From positions 62,001 to 126,000 of the forward strand of contig QPGO01000184.1 in the NCBI GenBank assembly GCA_008632985.1: a DNA stretch of 64,000 nucleotides. Reading direction: 5' to 3'. Position 1 is the stretch's first letter; every line of letters begins with the position of its first letter. Below, one piece after another: positions 10,847 to 22,119 of this stretch. Source of the DNA: Psammoneis japonica. Its lineage: Eukaryota. Below the pieces are notes generated by a model. It did not search any database and had not been told where the DNA came from. It saw only the letters and a program-made list of their open reading frames with translations. A program made the translations under genes and the position numbers.

Positions 10847-13800
10847 CTACGATGATCCTGATCCAGAGCCCGAGCCCGAGCCAGAGCCTGAGCCAGAGCT
10901 TGACTTCATTTTCTGCACCTCCAAGTCAAGATCTTTCTTTAGTTCCTTTGCCTCGGCTTCCTCTTGCTTCTTTCTGGCTTCTGCCTCATCTTCCATTCTC
11001 GCAATAGCATCCTTCTCATCTCGCGAATCCAAGTCTGAATTCTTCATCGCTTTCTTTCTATCTTTCAGTGCATCCTCCGCCTTCTTGATCTCGTCTTCTT
11101 TCCAGGCCTTTACTTCTGACCAGACCATAAGTGAAAGCCTGTACTGATGTTTGCTAACCACGCGGTACTTGTACAAAGCTATGCAATAGTTCTTCAGGAC
11201 TTCGAGACCTTCTTCCGCGCTCTTTTTTGTTTCGCAGGCTTCGACAAATGTTATGTACTGCAGCATTTTGTCATAGTACTCGGTCCGAATTCCCGAGTTC
11301 TTCAACCTGTTGCACTTCGAACACTTGAAAGTTTCCTTGGGCGGCGCAGGCTCAGACAAGGCATCACCATCTAGTGACTTTTCGCATTGCCAAAGCTGCT
11401 GCCGGGAGTGGTGTAGGTTCTAGTGACGGCTTTCTTGTTGGCTCGGAAGGTGGAGACGGCGTTGGTTGCGGTGTTGGACCTGGCGATGGAGGTGGTGTAG
11501 GCGCAGGAGTTGGTCCAGCAGTTGGAAACTGTGTTGGCTCGTCTGTAATCCGTTTTGTTGGCTCTGACGTAGGATTCATGGTCGGAACAGGAGTTGGAAG
11601 AGGGGTAGGTCCAGGTGACGGCATTTTCCTAGGGAACGGAGTCGGCCTGGCCGAGGGCGGTAGTGAAGGTGCCGGAGTAGGATTCATGGTTGGAGGACGT
11701 GTAGGAAAGGAAGTCGGACCCGGTGACGGATTTTTGGTTGGCTCGAGTGATGGAGACGGCGTTGGTTGGGGTGTTGTTGGTGTTGGACCTGGCGATGGAG
11801 GTGATGTAGGCGCAGGAGTTGGTCCTTCTGTTGGGAACTGTGTTGGCTCGTCTGTTTTCCGTTTTGTTGGCTGTGACGTAGGATTCATGGTCGGAACGGA
11901 AGTTGGAAGAGGGGTAGGTTCAGGAGACGGTTCTTTCGTTGGGAGACTCGTCGGGAGCGGAGTCGGCCTGGCCGAGGGGGTGGTGAAGGTGATGGAGTAG
12001 GATTCATGGTTGGACCTCGCGATGGAGGTGGTGTAGAAGCAGGAGTTGGTCCTTCAGTTGGAAACTGTGTTGGCTTATTTGTTTCTCGGTTTGTTGGCTC
12101 TGGCGTAGGATTCATGGTCGGAACAGGAGTTGGAAGAGGGGTAGGTCCAGGAGACGGTTCTTTCGTTGGGATACTCGTCGGGAACGGAGTCGGCCTGGCC
12201 GAAGGCGGTGGTGAAGGTGCCGGAGTAGGATTCATGGTTGGAGGACGTGTGGGAAAGGAAGTCGGTCCCGATGACGGCTTTCTTGTTGGCTCGACCGATG
12301 GAGACGGCGTTGGTTGCGGTGTTGTTGGTGTTGGACGTGGCGATGGAGGTGTGGTAGGCTCAGGAGTTGGTCCTTCAGTTGGAAACTGTGTTGGCTCGTC
12401 TGTAATCCGTTTTGTTGGCTCTGACGTAGGATTCATGGACGGAACGGAAGTTGGAAGAGGGGTAGGTTCAGGAGACGGTGCTTTCGTTGGGAGACTCGTC
12501 GGGAGCGGAGTCGGCCTGGCCGAGGGCGGTGGTGAAGGTGATGGAGTAGGATTCATGGTTGGACCTCGCGATGGAGGTGGTGTAGAAGCAGGAGTTGGTC
12601 CTTCAGTTGGAAACTGTGTTGGCTTATTTGTTTCTCGGTTTGTTGGCTCTGACGTAGGATTCATGGTCGGAACGGGAGTTGGAAGAGGGGTAGGTCCATC
12701 AGACGGTTTCTTCGTTGGAGAACTAGTAGGGTGCGGCGTTGGCGACGATGATGGCGCCTGTGTTGGTTCGTCAGTAGGAAGCTTTGTAGGCTCTCTGGTG
12801 ACTGGTACTGAAGTTGGCCTCAGAGTAGACTGAATGGTTGGAGAGCCTGTCACATCTGAAGTTTCCGCGGTTTGTTCTGAGGTTCTCGTGAGGCCACAAT
12901 TTTCACATGTGGCGCGACAACCGTCAAATGCTGATACAGAGTTGTTCTCCGAGTCTATCCCAACCAGTTTGCATCGTCTATCTGTATTCCTAGCAACAAA
13001 CTTGCAGTTCCTTTTGGAACCATTGTTCATAACGTGCCTCCATTTTTTGTCATCGGTGCATGCTGATCCACTGTGTGGGTTGATTTCACCGTTCGAAGAA
13101 GGTTCTGTAGGTCGCCCCGTAGGTGAAAGTGAAGGAGCGCTGGTCAGAGAAGATGTTGGAGCCGTCGTAGGACTCGGAGTTTTGCCTGTCGGCGATGTCG
13201 TGGGTGACGCAGTCGGAGCTTTTGTCGGTGAACTTGTGGGAGGCATCGTTGGACTACGAGTCGGGGCACTTGTGTCTAGCGTTTTCTTAGAATCTGCTAA
13301 CGAACCTATTGAGCCCCAAGTATTCTGCTCGATCGCCACAGGGCATTCGCCAGGTGGGTCATACAGGCCGCGTTGTCTATCAAGGTCAAAGTAGTATTCA
13401 TTGTTCGATTTCTGCTTTTTGAAGGAGATGATCATCGGATCTACACCAACGTAGTCAGATACTTCGAACATTTGTTACTGTACAGAACACATCTGAGGCT
13501 CACCTGAAAAAGCACCCGCTTCAACCTCGATTGACGTAAACTTGTCGTTTCTAGGATCGGTCTGATATACACAAAATGTGTGTCCTACAGAGGTGAAACG
13601 AGATAGGGGAATGAATATCCGTGTCGTGTAAGCCAATCTCCACATCAACATTCATGTCATGAATCGACGGCTATTCAAGCGAGCGATGGCGTTCACCCTT
13701 TTAAGAAAAGAAAAAACTCACCATTTCCATGTAGATATAATGTTGGAAGTCCCGGGTAGTCATTGCGCATATGTCGTTGAAATGGTCGACCAAATTTCTC

Positions 13801-15161
13801 TTTCCTCACGGAGCGGAGGTCGGCGTGACCAAAAACAACAAGGCCTGTCAAGTTTCCTGTTTGATCCCAAGTTTCTAAATTTTCCTCGATCCATTTCATG
13901 TTTTCACGTAGTCTGTTGAGCTCATCACCCATCATCTCCATGCCGCCAACCAAGTTGACTCCTGTCGCAGTTGCAAGACGTCATAATGTTGAAATGTAAG
14001 CTTGAAAGAATGCTCCTCGTCCTGAAACGTTTGTTTCACTCACCAATGAACCCTACACCATTTTCAAAGAATGCAAAGTTTTCAGGTCGAGATGGCTGCC
14101 TTTTGATGTTGAACCTGATGAGTGGGCAAACGGTACAGTAGTCGTAAGAGGAAACAGACATTAGAAAATCGACTTCATTGACAATTCTTACCTGGAGGAT
14201 CTCCCAAAATCAAAGACACTATTTGGACCATAGTATTTGTTCCAAAACGAAAACGCTTCGTCCCTGTCTGCGCAATCCTTCCATTCGTTATCTCCTATAA
14301 ACACATTGATTGAATCATCGACGTGAGAGGCTGGAGCAAAGACGTCCATCAGCGATTGTAATAAAGGAACTCACCGATGACAAAAAAGAGATCCTCTGGA
14401 TTGTAGTTTAGCCTGTTGTCTCTATGAGCAAAGATTTCAGCAACATCACTGTATGCGTCCTCTGTACAGTTGCTTGGTCCATACTTTATGTCACCTACAT
14501 AATTCAAGGAAGCAATTTGTTTCGTGAGTCCTGGATCCAACAGAATTCGGATATGTAGAGGTACTGTAGTGCCGGTGCCTGAACGCATGACGACTCAAGT
14601 TTTTCCATGGATACCCTCATCTTACCTACGTGGATCATAAACGAAGGCCCGTCAATTTGGTTAAGGTTCATCTCACGAAGCTGGCCTGAAATCACAGGCA
14701 GAGAATCTGAGTTAGGAAGGAATGATACAACCTTGACGAAAAAATACGCTATTTCTTGTCCTACCATTCAAGCAGTATCTTTCTTCTGTGGAATAAGGAC
14801 TGTAAGAAGAAAAATAGGAAGGGTTAAATAATATATCATCAGTATAGTTCATTGCAACGCAGGGCCATTCTTACATGTCTCCCATTGCGACAAAGCTGAC
14901 AACAGTGTCAAAGGGTTCAGATGGATCCATCGTTTTAAGATTGGATAAGCTACACTGGTATTCAGCTTCAGCTTGCAGTATCCGGTAATCCTCGCTTTTC
15001 ATGTCGTCCGCCACTGATTTGGCGGTGCTGTGAACTGACGATAACCACGAGGGGCTTTCATTGTTGCTTTGACCCAACGACGGAAGCGATAGAAGTTTAC
15101 TAGCACCGCCATGAAAAGCCAAATGAAGAAATACCGCCTTTGCGGTAGCTTGGAGTTGCAT
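10847..15161 (-). CDS. Multi-exon, probably secreted protein: calcineurin-like metallophosphoesterase + Cys-containing module + long Pro/Thr/Ser mucin-like repeat + charged C-terminus ending in (SG)n
   Basis: Spliced motifs VAMGD-IPY (gtaag intron after ~14875), MIHVG/GDIK, FFVI-GDNEW-DC; PTxxPT repeats 11400-13300; apparent frameshifts near 11978 and ~11400 separate ORFs 11885-13471, 11364-11888 and 10847-11359. Confidence 0.7.
11400..12790 (-). repeat. Coding tandem repeat array (PTQFPTEGPTP / PTMNPT / PSARPTP units) with higher-order repeats
   Basis: Repeated gtaggattcatggt, gttggaaactgtgttggct and gtcggcctggccga modules. Confidence 0.9.
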
Positions 15162-15439
15162 CTTGACTACGATCTGCAGAAAGGGAGTTCACTAGAGAGT
15201 GAATGCTGATCGTATGGTGTGGTCTACGACTGTTTTCGGGGTTATCTTATGTATTTGCCACGACGGGATTTTGTGAAGTCATTTTGGCTCGGAGGGCGGC
15301 CGCGGGAACAATCGGACAGTGTCAAGTTTTTTGGGGGGTCATGGTCATTTTCGACACTGAGGATGCAGAGGAAACACAATGGGAGGCATAATGACTGAAT
15401 TGATGAGGGCTTAAATCAACAAATGTCGTCTTGTGTGTA

Positions 15440-15790
15440 TGAAATGCTACTCTCCACTAATCAATAGTAGAGCTAACTCTAGCTCTACCGGTAGCTACTC
15501 TCTAGCTAGAGCTATCTAGAGCTAGTATTTGCTAGCTACTACCTACTCTGGAGCCCTTTCGCGCCTTTTTGGCGGAATTCTCCAAAATCTATACTTGCAC
15601 AGAGTACCAGAACTACTGAACCACTCTAGCAGCAGCTACCATAATCTACGAGCAGTGAGGCTCTCTACTTTAGAGGAAAATAGTGTATCGAATCTTGTGA
15701 CGAACGAAGACCTCCGACTTAAAATTATTGACACTCTACTTGGATCAAGGGTAACACTCGTGAGCCTTAGATTCTATTCTCAGTGTGAAG
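15440..15790. promoter_or_regulatory. TA-rich CTAG/CTAC island between the phosphoesterase gene start and the 3' end of the next gene
   Basis: agtagagctaactctagctctaccggtagctactctctagctagagctatctagagctag; shares taccggta with 6293-6300. Confidence 0.4.
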
Positions 15791-15857
15791 CAGCCAACTG
15801 AATCATTACTGTAAAACGTTGTCGCCAAGAAGGAATGATTTTTGTTGCGTTTGAGTT

Positions 15858-16513
15858 TCATTGGTTGCTGCATATCTTCTTACAGTGACCGCATACTGTG
15901 CCACTTTCACCTGTGCATTTAGTTCTCTTGCAAATCCTACATGCTGCAGCGGGGCCTTTATGCTTCTTTGCGCCATCTTCAGCATTGTTTTTCTTGTTTT
16001 CGTGCTGAATCTTTACGTCGTGTCCTAGGTTGGGCTTCTTCTTCCCGTCATTGGCGCCTTCACGTTTCTTCTTAACATTTTGTCCCGGGCTATCTCTGTC
16101 GCTATCAACGACAGAAGCTACTTTCTTCTTTTTATTGTGTACTTTGCGCTTGCTCTTGTCGTCTTGAACTCGATGATGTTTTGCTCGATTTACCCCTTGG
16201 TTCTGGGCGCTATGCTTCCTCACGTTACTTGAGTGTTCCATTTCTTCGACGAAGTCATTTTCTCGTTTTCTTCCGGCTTCGTTGTCATGAGCAATATCTC
16301 CGTGAACTATGAAGCCCGTGATAGTGTCACCTACCACCGTATTATCATGTTACATGTAAGCAACAAGAACGCAGGTCAGAACTGAGATCGCAAACTCAAT
16401 TTTGAATCCATAGCATCGCTGCTCATGTGCATGCATCAATCACCTTTTGTAATTTTACAAGGCGCCATCAAGAACCAAAGAAACAAGATAATGTTTGAAT
16501 TCCTCATCATCAT
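15858..16513 (-). CDS. Small Lys/His-rich protein with putative signal peptide, two exons (16444-16513, 15858-16330)
   Basis: Exon 1 MMMRNSNIILFLWFLMAPCKITK-G; GT..AG intron joins in frame to GDTITG...; C-terminal CxxC..C..CxxC..C cluster. Confidence 0.55.
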
Positions 16514-16874
16514 GGAGAAATTCGAAACGTTTACATACAGTACACGACAATGATCAAGCTTCGGCGAAAATAAGAGGCTGATGATGTGAGATGTTACACT
16601 TCACGTTGAATGTCATGCTTGGACCAATGAATGACCAGGCCCTCCACGACCACGAGCAAGAGACATTTTGATTTTATCAATTTCGTTTTTCGGTCACAGT
16701 GCCTGTCCGCTCCCCCCGCCCATCGACGCGGAATGTTCCGTCAGCGCGCGGCAATCAAACTCTACCGTACGATAATAGTAGAGAGCTAAAGAGGGCCCTA
16801 TCTATTCTAGAGTCGTACTTATAGAGCGTTAGGTTAGTCCAAAAGAAAAGGAAGCGCATTTCAAAAAGCATTGG

Positions 16875-17939
16875 CTATGGTAAACCTCCCTCACTTCCCT
16901 TTGTACCCGCCACAGAGGAGCACTTCGAGATGACAAATTTCGGAAACGGTCGTTGCTCCATTGGTGGTCCCGGGTGCTCATGGAGCAATTCAAAGAGAGC
17001 GTCGTTTTCAGAAGACAAGACGTTTATAATCTTTTCTTGCTCCTTGCAGGGGGGTAACTCTACCTTTTCCTTGCTGCTGTGTTGATTTGCATGCTCCAGC
17101 TGTATGCCTTTCACTCCCTTGTTGAGTCCGAAGAATTCATGCAATCGCGTCAACACCTTATTTGGGTTTTCCTTGAGCTCGTCGTAGCTCAGAACAAGAA
17201 TCTGGCTGCGGTCAAACGCTGCCATCCACCTGCGCAAATTGTACGCGTACAGAGATTCTGACTTTTTAGACTTGATCTGTCGCATGGTGACTTTGTTTAC
17301 ATATTCCGAGAAATCCATAACTGATCCATCATCTTTGACCACGCTCCGCCACCAACCATCGGCACCCTTCGTTCGAGCAGTGTACGCCATATGATTGTAG
17401 ATGGATAACTCACGGGTAGCAGGATCCCTAACCGTGATCGCGATCTTGAGATTTTTTGCATGCTTGCCGCCAGCGTCGTCATACAGTTTCCGAACTCGTT
17501 CAGGAAATAGACTGTTATTTGGAGTTGCATCCAGCACCAGGGAACTCTGATTACAGCTGCGGTACAGAGAATGGTAGGCGCTTACGCCCTGTTGATATCT
17601 CTCCTGGTGATCAAAGAAATGCACTTCTTTTATATAGTTTGGGGGGCTTCCAGCACCGCACACACCATCGTGGCCAAAAATCCACTTCGCTAGGGATGTG
17701 GATCCACTTTTCTGCGTCCCAATCAAGAGTATGTTTGGTAACGTCACATTCTTGGACTCACCGTCAACATGCTCGTACGCACCAACATGACCGGGCGAGT
17801 CGGTATCTTTTGTGACCACCCCGGCCGGCTTTTCGCCAATGTCTCTGAAGTTACGACCACACAATATCACCACTGCGGCAAAAGAAAGAAGCAACGCCGG
17901 TCTCCAAACGCATCCGAAATTCTCATGCATGTTCGCCAT
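16875..17939 (-). CDS. Golgi-type sulfotransferase (heparan-sulfate 3-O/NDST sulfotransferase-like domain)
   Basis: PAPS 5'-PSB motif LPNILLIGTQKSGSTSL, KEVHFFD, DATP, 3'-PB RDPATRELS, FDRSQILVLSYDEL; N-terminal type II TM anchor. Confidence 0.9.
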   Translation of the reverse strand: MANMHENFGCVWRPALLLSFAAVVILCGRNFRDIGEKPAGVVTKDTDSPGHVGAYEHVDGESKNVTLPNILLIGTQKSGSTSLAKWIFGHDGVCGAGSPPNYIKEVHFFDHQERYQQGVSAYHSLYRSCNQSSLVLDATPNNSLFPERVRKLYDDAGGKHAKNLKIAITVRDPATRELSIYNHMAYTARTKGADGWWRSVVKDDGSVMDFSEYVNKVTMRQIKSKKSESLYAYNLRRWMAAFDRSQILVLSYDELKENPNKVLTRLHEFFGLNKGVKGIQLEHANQHSSKEKVELPPCKEQEKIINVLSSENDALFELLHEHPGPPMEQRPFPKFVISKCSSVAGTKGSEGGLP

Positions 17940-18346
17940 GACTGTTCGATATACCAACAACACTTACGGAGAAAGAACCGAAGCGATTTATGTTACAATG
18001 CGTTGCGTTGAAGGATGTGATTGATCCAGTCCAAGCTTTAGTAAGTATGCCACACGAGCATTTCACTCTAGAAACACGTGGTGAATCCACAAACGCATGC
18101 GAAGCGCTATGACACCGTCTTTTTCGCGATGACTTCTCAAAAAATTAAAAATTTCAAAATGGCCTCTGTTTTTGTAGTCTCCGTTGATCATCCGTTGAAC
18201 GCACGAGTAATGAGTCTTGCGTGACGTTTTCAGAACGCGTGTCTGTATGTACTTTATCCCTGCTTATGCACTCGTTGCTTTTGAGTCTCTTTTCAGCAGG
18301 CCATTTTGTATCTGACGTGGCCACCGAAAGGACGACTCGATGATTG

Positions 18347-20992
18347 ATGCGGCCGTCAATTTTGGAGTTTCGCTCACCTGGTCACAAAAACAAAAAGCAC
18401 CTGACCGTAGACATCCACAGTCTCTATCTTCCAACCATGTCATCGCCTTTCCTTCTTATCAAGCCATTGTGGTGTATTGCTTGGTCGTACAAACAAGTTG
18501 TGATCAGGCTAGTGTCCCTGTCGTGGGCGTGCATTCTTTTCAAGGAGATCGAGATGGCTGGGAAGTTCATCGATTTCGACAGAAGCGTCGTATCTCTCGC
18601 CTACTCAAGCCTGATCGATCAACCTCGACCGACCCTCGACATTTTGTCCGTTGGCTCCGTTTCAAGGCCCAAGTATCTGCAATCTCAGTTGGAAACTTGG
18701 GCGTCTCACTCATCGATTAGATCATTCATCGGAGTCACCGAGAAGGACGATTGTAATCAAACATGCTCCCAAATGAAAAAGGCAGAGACCCAGGCGTACA
18801 TCAACTCATGCCGGGCTAACCCAAGCTTCAGTACCCCCATCAAGGCATTTGCAGGTGAGCATTACTCTCACACAGAAGGAGAAACGCCAGACACGTACGT
18901 TGAAAGGACTGATCCCGGCTGGCATTGCGCCCAGAGACGCTTTGGTCAATCTCTACGAGTGCTCGAAAACAACATGCAGCATTCATCAGAAGAGGCTCTT
19001 GCAGACTATGTTGTCATGGTGGACGACGATACTTTCTTCAACGCTGACCTTTTCCATGATCACGTACAGTCTGCTGATCCGAGCGAAGCTCGAATGTATG
19101 CTGGATGTTTGTTTGAAGCAAACGAGACGATCAACATTCCATATGAATTCCCTTATGGTGGATTCGGTGTTGTTTTCTCCAAAGGAGCAGTGCAGCAAAT
19201 GATGAGACCCATTTTCTGCGGCAAGCGTGGCCTTCGCGGGAGCGGCGGGAGCGACTCTTCCGCAACTGCAATGGCAGGCGGTGATTCCTTAGTTCCACAA
19301 ACATGCAGCGCAATTCAAGCCAATCGCATTGGAGAACAGGTATTCTTCCGAGAGGGTATGTCGGTCATTGACCTCATTAGCGAATACTCAGCTCGAGCCA
19401 CGCGTTTTTGCGTCCACTCCGATTGGCTCATTGGATACATGGCAAAGTACTACCTCGATTTGAGCCCGCCGTTGGGTCTTGAAAGTAATGCCACAACGAT
19501 CCATCCAATACGAACCTGGCCCAATCAATGCGGCAACCACAGTCTAGTAGACACGTGCAGTTCGAAAGATATGTTTTGTCATCGTCAGTCTCCAGACGAT
19601 TTGAAGGCATTGACCGACGAAATACAAGCGCTAAGTCCGGGAGGCTTTCGCAATGCAAGCCTCGCCAACGATATGGCCAATACAAACATTGCTAACATTA
19701 CCGCTTTTCCGGCAAGCCTACCCAAGTCTTCCCAGCCACCAAGTGAGCAAGACTTACAAGTATCTGAAGCCGCAAAAGAATGGTTGAACGATTTCAAGTC
19801 GTCGCGGACAATGAAGATCAATGCGACCGAGATTGGTCAGAGATCCCCAGAGCAGGCCAAGGCCTGGATAGAAATGTTGAGGAATGACACAATCTTGCAA
19901 GAGCAACAAGAATCCTCCCACCGCGATCCAATGGTAGTCTGGAAAGCTCCATCCGAATGGATGACTCCAAGACAAGTCTTACCTGCGAATATTGATCACA
20001 ACGAGCTAGCTCATGTTGTTGAGCAACTACGCAACGGCAAGATCCTCAAGGCAACCTCAGCACCGGGGGGATCGCAGCTCAAGCTTCTCTTGGAACTTGA
20101 AGGCGGTCAACAAGTCATATTTAAACCTGAAAGAGAAGGTCCAGGAAACGACTTACACAACTCCGAGATTGCGGCTTTCCACGTCGCTCGACTCTTGGAT
20201 ATGAGACGGGCTCCCATTTCGGTCGGTCGTCGGATTGACATTGAAAAGGAGATCCTACCAGTGGCCACGCCCGAATTTCGTGATACTTTTACAGACGCTT
20301 TGGGCAGGACGAACTGTTTCTACGGAACCTGCGAGTTTTGCGACAATCCCGTGTGCCCTCGTGATGACGGAACAATGCATGGCGTTGTAATTTTGTTTTT
20401 GCCCAAGAAACTGCGCAACGGTTCCGACCTTGTCCTTGGGCACAAAAGTACGAGATTTCCACTCATGGCATGGAACGACAAGGATAGAGAACGGGTAGAG
20501 CTCATGAAGTCCAAGGATTACTGCGACGTTCACGTCAAGCCTGAGTTTCCCATGGAACCAAGGATTCTTGACGTCGTTGAGACGTCCATTTTTGACTTTC
20601 TTATTCAAAACGTTGACCGCCATACACACGAGTTTGTTGATGAAGAAGACAACGGTGCAGTGCTACTGATTGATCAAGGCAAGAGCTTTCTACCCGAGTC
20701 TGCAGAGAATGACGAGATGAAACTTTTGTTGCCTTTGACCAGCTGTTGCGTCGTGCGCGAAAAGTTGTATGAGCATCTCCAATGGATTGCAAGGTGGGAT
20801 GTGAACATGTCCGATGCCCTGCTTTATCTAACGTCGGTTGACATCGCAAGTCACGCAAGAGGGGAGGAGAAAATTCTGCCTGATGGTGAACTTGCTTCGT
20901 TGGATCGAAGGCTGAAAATTGTTCTGGACGCAGTGAATACTTGCGTTGAAGAGCGCGGTAGGGAGAACGTCTTGGTGGATTCTATTCCGTAG
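18347..20992 (+). CDS. Fusion of a Fringe/GT31-like glycosyltransferase and a Fam20 (Fam20B-like) secretory kinase
   Basis: Intronless ~880 aa ORF (start may be ATG 18437). N-half: VMVDDDTFFN, YAGC, FPYGGFGVVFS, HSDW. C-half: GSQLKLLLELEGGQQVIFKP, HNSEIAAFH, RRAPISVGR, CFYGTCEFC, IFDFLIQNVDRHTHE, LIDQGKSF, PLTSCCVVR. Confidence 0.9.
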   Translation: MRPSILEFRSPGHKNKKHLTVDIHSLYLPTMSSPFLLIKPLWCIAWSYKQVVIRLVSLSWACILFKEIEMAGKFIDFDRSVVSLAYSSLIDQPRPTLDILSVGSVSRPKYLQSQLETWASHSSIRSFIGVTEKDDCNQTCSQMKKAETQAYINSCRANPSFSTPIKAFAGEHYSHTEGETPDTYVERTDPGWHCAQRRFGQSLRVLENNMQHSSEEALADYVVMVDDDTFFNADLFHDHVQSADPSEARMYAGCLFEANETINIPYEFPYGGFGVVFSKGAVQQMMRPIFCGKRGLRGSGGSDSSATAMAGGDSLVPQTCSAIQANRIGEQVFFREGMSVIDLISEYSARATRFCVHSDWLIGYMAKYYLDLSPPLGLESNATTIHPIRTWPNQCGNHSLVDTCSSKDMFCHRQSPDDLKALTDEIQALSPGGFRNASLANDMANTNIANITAFPASLPKSSQPPSEQDLQVSEAAKEWLNDFKSSRTMKINATEIGQRSPEQAKAWIEMLRNDTILQEQQESSHRDPMVVWKAPSEWMTPRQVLPANIDHNELAHVVEQLRNGKILKATSAPGGSQLKLLLELEGGQQVIFKPEREGPGNDLHNSEIAAFHVARLLDMRRAPISVGRRIDIEKEILPVATPEFRDTFTDALGRTNCFYGTCEFCDNPVCPRDDGTMHGVVILFLPKKLRNGSDLVLGHKSTRFPLMAWNDKDRERVELMKSKDYCDVHVKPEFPMEPRILDVVETSIFDFLIQNVDRHTHEFVDEEDNGAVLLIDQGKSFLPESAENDEMKLLLPLTSCCVVREKLYEHLQWIARWDVNMSDALLYLTSVDIASHARGEEKILPDGELASLDRRLKIVLDAVNTCVEERGRENVLVDSIP

Positions 20993-21241
20993 GACTGGAT
21001 CCGCACGGAGAAATCGTCAAGTAACAGCACATTTGAAATGCCTCACAGGCATTTTTTATACATCATAATCAATAATAGACCGATTCGGCGTTGATACAGG
21101 TTTTTCCATTCAGTCCGCGGCGCGTCGAGACTCAAGTCCAATCAGAGATTGCGCAATTGCGACCCGTCATTTGTTGCCTCTTTCCAAAAAGGAAACGAAA
21201 TAGTGGATGGCGGTTATCCTTTTGTGTCGCATCAGGCATCA

Positions 21242-22020
21242 CTACGAAAAGTAGGTATTTTTCAAATTTGTCCCATTCCAACTCGGCGAAATAACAATCC
21301 CCAGCATGAAAGACATCAGCACCATCAACAAAATTGATGCCAACCTTTCACCCGTAGGTACCATACCAGAGCAGTCAAGACACCTCCGATTGCCTTTAAT
21401 AAAATGGGCCAACACGTCGACCACGTCCAATTTGAAAAGAATTTTGTTGTGGAAACACCACCCTTGCAAATATTAGAGAGAATGAATGCAAGTACTGAAC
21501 AGCCGATACTTCCATGGTATACAAGTACGCGTTTCGTCCTCCACACACGGTTTGTAAGCCTTTTGCGACAGTGCACCGGCAAGACCCGAGAAGAAGGCAG
21601 CAAACAAGCACGGAACAAACTCATGCAATAGTCTCTGTCGCTTCTTGTTATTGGTATTGCTCTTGTCGGCGGTGATGATAGCAGTGGTAGTAGTTGCATC
21701 GTCCTTATGATTCGAGTCATCGTCGTAGTCGCCACGTCGTTGTCGTCTTTTACGAAACAACCATGCAACTGTAGCAGTTTGATCAAACGCTCCTTGAAAC
21801 AGCATATGGCGGAGTATCCTACCAAGATCAAGGCCACAATCTGAGTCGGACTTTGAGTTTGGTGCAATAGCAACAAGTAACAAAGGGCCGCCCACGCCAT
21901 TTTCGTTTGTGAAACATGCCATTAAAGGTGACGGCATCTAAAGTCTGATACGAGTACAAATACAAAATACAGCTTAAGCGTATAGAGTACAGCTGGAAAT
22001 CCCGCCACCACGTTGTTGTT
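21242..22020 (-). pseudogene. SLC35A-type nucleotide-sugar transporter, multiply frameshifted and 5'-truncated
   Basis: Motifs scattered over frames: AGFPAVLY, YQTLDAVTFNG, TKMAWAALC, CLFAAFFSGLAGALSQK, RNAYLYTME, FFSNWTWSTCWPILLKAIGGVLTALV. Confidence 0.75.
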
Positions 22021-22119
22021 GCTCCAATACACGGCTGCTGCTGCTGCTGCTGTTTTGGCGTGTTGTTACAATTTCAACATTGTGCTTGCCAAGCAAGGTG
22101 CATAAAGTTATTGGTCCGT

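Noticed and set aside
11374..13394. Plus-strand Gly/Val-rich ORFs
   Set aside because: Antisense shadow of the Pro/Thr repeat gene.
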